In this document: positions 8,365 through 10,666 of the stretch, piece after piece | Numbering within the stretch: position 1 is the stretch's first letter | How the letters are laid out: every line of letters starts with the position of its first letter | Assembly (NCBI GenBank): GCA_963788195.1 | Contig: CAWBGA010000007.1 | Span: 1 to 10,666 of the forward strand | DNA length: 10,666 nucleotides | Direction of reading: 5' to 3' | From: Nitrospirota bacterium | GTDB taxonomy: Bacteria; Nitrospirota; Nitrospiria; Nitrospirales; NS-4 | Translations under genes and position numbers: made by a program | The notes under the pieces: generated by a model | Told to the model about the DNA's origin: nothing | Seen by the model: only the letters and a program-made list of their open reading frames with translations | Database searches by the model: none

Positions 8365-8760
8365 ATGAGCGTTGCACGTTGGTTGGAATACAAGATTGAT
8401 GAAGATCCACGCAAGCCGGGTCGTCGACAGGAGGTTTTTGATCTGAAAGCGATTCAGCAGGCCCTGGGGGCGCCCATACACTACGTGTATTCCAATCAGA
8501 TTCAACCCGGCGCGACCGCCGGCATGCACTATCATAAGCAACACCAGGTGGCAGTCTGGATGCGCGAGGGGGAGCTTGAGATGACCCTGGAGGACGTGCA
8601 TTCGAAGGAGCGAGAGGTGATCGTGTTGCGGCCCGGGAGCCGATTGCTCCTGGTCCCCAAGGAGGTCTACCATTCCGCAGCTAACAAGACAGGCACGCCC
8701 GCACTCGCCATTATGTTCGCAACCACCAGCCCGCGCGACCCCACAGATGAGTGGCGCTAG
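8365..8760 (+). CDS. Small cupin (RmlC-like) domain protein, WxcM/FdtA-like
   Basis: Cupin motif 1 PGATAGMHYH...MREG and motif 2 GSRLLLVPKEVYHSAAN. I moved the start from 8317 (which overlaps metG) to ATG 8365, which has GAGGTG (8352-8357) 7 nt upstream. 131 aa. Confidence 0.8.
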   Translation: MSVARWLEYKIDEDPRKPGRRQEVFDLKAIQQALGAPIHYVYSNQIQPGATAGMHYHKQHQVAVWMREGELEMTLEDVHSKEREVIVLRPGSRLLLVPKEVYHSAANKTGTPALAIMFATTSPRDPTDEWR

Positions 8761-8766
8761 ATGCAT

Positions 8767-8999
8767 TGTCATTCTGAGCGAAGCGAAGAATCTGACTCCT
8801 GCAGCGAGACCCTTCACGGGGTTTATCCTGAGCGCGCAATCGAGATGCTTCGGAGCTTATCCTGAGTTTAGAATTGAGATGCTTCGCGGAGTTTATCCTG
8901 AGCGACGAAGTGAGATCCTTCACTTCGTTCAGGATGACAGCCGAAGGATTAGAGAGGAGGGGGAGGGGCAGCATGCCAGGTGAAGGGTTCAGGGTAACA
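8767..8999. repeat. Nested REP/MITE-like palindromic element (TGTCATTCTGAGCGAAGCGAAGAATCT type)
   Basis: 27-nt inverted repeat at 8767-8793 / 8913-8939 (23/27). Four related units start GAGAYSCTTC at 8806, 8842, 8876 and 8912 (periods 36, 34, 36), and three of them contain TTATCCTGAG. A further closing arm TGAAGGGTTCAGGGTAACA lies at 8981-8999. Confidence 0.85.
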
Positions 9000-9020
9000 A
9001 CAACATAAAAGAGGCGCTGT

Positions 9021-9731
9021 GTGAAAAGACTACATTTCTTCATCATACTTTTCTTCTATGCATTCATTGGGAACCCTGCATGGGCGCAGCAGCACGGCCA
9101 GGGCCATTCGGAGCGACGGGGTCCATCCGACATCCAGCAATATATTGAGGCGCTGGAGAAGCCTCAACGTGACAGGGAGCAGAAACCGGATGAAGTGATC
9201 AAAGCATTACAGGTAGACCAATATATGACAATCGCAGACATTGGCGCGGGGTCCGGGTATTTTACCCGCAAGTTCGTCTGGGCTGTCCAGGATAAAGGCA
9301 TGGTGTATGCCATTGATGTTGAGCCCGCTATGCTCAAATACAACGAGGAGATGGTGGAGCACTTGCACACCCCCTACAACGCTAAGTTTGTTCTGGCAAA
9401 GCCTGATGATCCAATGCTGCCCTCGCGAGCGGTGGATCTGGTCTTTCTCTGTAATACCTACCATCACCTCAGCATGCGATCCGACTACTTTAGTCGCGTC
9501 CGCGAGTCGCTGAAGGCTGGCGGCCGGGTGGCGATCATCGATTTCTATCACGATGAGCGCTCCGGGGAGCTCGGTTTCTCGAAAGACCATCTGGTACGCC
9601 GGGATACCGTTATCGACGAGATGAGTCAGGCGGGCTACAAGCTAACCAACGAGCACAGCTTTCTCAACCGGCAGTACTTCCTGGAATTCCGAGCAGATGA
9701 GAAGCCGCAAAGGTCCGGAGAAAATTACTAG
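9021..9731 (+). CDS. Class I SAM-dependent methyltransferase with predicted Sec signal peptide
   Basis: Motif I IADIGAGSGYF, VYAIDVE, VDLVFLCNTYHH and LKAGGRVAIIDF. The N-terminus MKR-LHFFIILFFYAFIG-NPAWA has n/h/c regions with an AxA site. GAGG at 9011-9014 precedes the GTG. Confidence 0.88.
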   Translation: MKRLHFFIILFFYAFIGNPAWAQQHGQGHSERRGPSDIQQYIEALEKPQRDREQKPDEVIKALQVDQYMTIADIGAGSGYFTRKFVWAVQDKGMVYAIDVEPAMLKYNEEMVEHLHTPYNAKFVLAKPDDPMLPSRAVDLVFLCNTYHHLSMRSDYFSRVRESLKAGGRVAIIDFYHDERSGELGFSKDHLVRRDTVIDEMSQAGYKLTNEHSFLNRQYFLEFRADEKPQRSGENY

Positions 9732-9793
9732 CATCCCCGCTCACACTGCTTTCCCCGTATTCTTAAGCTTCATCAACATCTTGCCGATATTAA

Positions 9794-9837
9794 GGTTGAC
9801 CTCCTTCTCTTCTGACGCAAGGAGGCCGCAGTCAACC
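9794..9837. promoter_or_regulatory. Bulged stem-loop upstream of the BON gene that pairs an SD-like AAGGAGG
   Basis: GGTTGAC (9794-9800) pairs with GTCAACC (9831-9837), and CCTCCTT (9800-9806) pairs with AAGGAGG (9819-9825). Function unknown. Confidence 0.4.
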
Positions 9838-9867
9838 GATTGTACACAGAGGATCGTATCTACCGAA

Positions 9868-10659
9868 ATGGGAACTCGATTCATCACAGTACTGGCGACG
9901 TTGAGCTTGCTGTCAGGCTGCGAATGGGTGTCGACGGCAGTAAGAACAAGCGTCGATGTCGGTGTCATGCTGGCTGCAGATCGCTCTCTTTTCAATGTCG
10001 CAGACGACTATTCCATCAAATCGGAGATCACAAGCGGACTTTTCGACGAGGCTTTGTCCATCCATGTCAGTACAGATGTCTACCAGGGCATGGTGATGCT
10101 GACGGGCGCCGTCAAAGAAGAGAAAGACAAACAGAAGGCAGAAAAAATTGCACGGCAGGCCAGAGGTGTCCGTGAGCTCTTCAATGAGATACAGGTTACG
10201 ACAGAGGTAAGCATTACGAACCGCGTCTCTGATCTTCTTATGGAAAACAAGCTGAAAGCCAAATTAGTATTCGCTGCCGGGCTGACTTCAATCAACTTTC
10301 GATGGCGTGCCGTTAATTCAGTAATCTATTTCATGGGCATGGCCAAAAGCCGCGAGGAGCTCGACCGGGTCATCACGCTCGCCCGCATGTCGGGCGTACA
10401 GAGGATCGTGAGTCATGTGTTCCTCACCGATGCGTTTGTCTTTGACGGAGCGCCGGACACCGCCGCACGCGAGATCGTAGAACCGTCAGGGGGTAAGACA
10501 GTCAAGACCGTAGCAACCGCGGAATCCGATGCTACCAGAAAAAAAACAATTGCCAAAGAGAATGCAGATTACGAAAAGCTGTTTCCCAAGCGCGCGCCGC
10601 CTGGGGTTCCGCCAGAAATGCCGACGTATTACGAGCGGTCCATTGAAAAGCTCTACTAA
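9868..10659 (+). CDS. Dual-BON domain lipoprotein (DolP/YraP/OsmY-like) with C-terminal extension
   Basis: I moved the start from 9697 to ATG 9868, giving MGTRFITVLATLSLLSGC (signal peptide plus lipobox LSGC). BON1 is DDYSIKSEI...GMVMLTGAV...GVRELFNEIQV and BON2 is SDLLMENKLKAKL...VIYFMG...GVQRIVSHV. 263 aa. Confidence 0.85.
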   Translation: MGTRFITVLATLSLLSGCEWVSTAVRTSVDVGVMLAADRSLFNVADDYSIKSEITSGLFDEALSIHVSTDVYQGMVMLTGAVKEEKDKQKAEKIARQARGVRELFNEIQVTTEVSITNRVSDLLMENKLKAKLVFAAGLTSINFRWRAVNSVIYFMGMAKSREELDRVITLARMSGVQRIVSHVFLTDAFVFDGAPDTAAREIVEPSGGKTVKTVATAESDATRKKTIAKENADYEKLFPKRAPPGVPPEMPTYYERSIEKLY

Positions 10660-10666
10660 GCATTAG

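Noticed and set aside
8806..8939. 34-36-nt periodic units as a mini CRISPR array
   Set aside because: The variable parts are only about 7-9 nt, the repeats are degenerate and derived from the palindrome arms, and no cas genes or leader are present.
8338..9046. ORFs 8338..8817 (-), 8711..9046 (-) and 8747..8983 (+)
   Set aside because: Their peptides (VILSEAKNL, VILNEVKDL, RFFASLRMT, ILRFAQND) are translations of the palindromic repeat, so they are probably not genes.
9697..9867. Long N-terminal extension of the BON ORF (320-aa version)
   Set aside because: It overlaps the methyltransferase gene and would bury the lipoprotein signal. ATG 9868 gives a canonical signal peptide and lipobox.
10539..10546. 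A8 run (A AAA AAA) in the BON gene tail as a slippery site
   Set aside because: It is explained by Arg-Lys-Lys-Thr codons, and nothing suggests an alternative product.

Overview
This is a bacterial core-genome window organised around a back-to-back sigma70-like promoter pair at about 4572-4637. Leftward (- strand) run a DUF502 membrane protein, glmU, glmS and gatC. Rightward (+ strand) run tmk, holB, metG and a small cupin, then a ~230-bp nested palindromic repeat, a class I SAM methyltransferase with a signal peptide, and a dual-BON lipoprotein. I see no CRISPR array, transposase, integrase, tRNA or rRNA, and no clear new multi-gene system. Four signals stand out. (1) glmS has a hidden 1-nt deletion at ~772/773, so its conserved catalytic tail [11 protein letters not shown] is intact but in another frame while the ORF stays nearly full length. 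(2) A strong Shine-Dalgarno plus in-frame GTG sits in the metG linker and could produce a stand-alone 135-aa tRNA-binding protein. (3) A Russian-doll REP-like element lies at 8767-8999. (4) A repeat- and hairpin-rich region follows gatC where gatA would usually be. A Nitrospirota-like origin is only my impression and was not tested.
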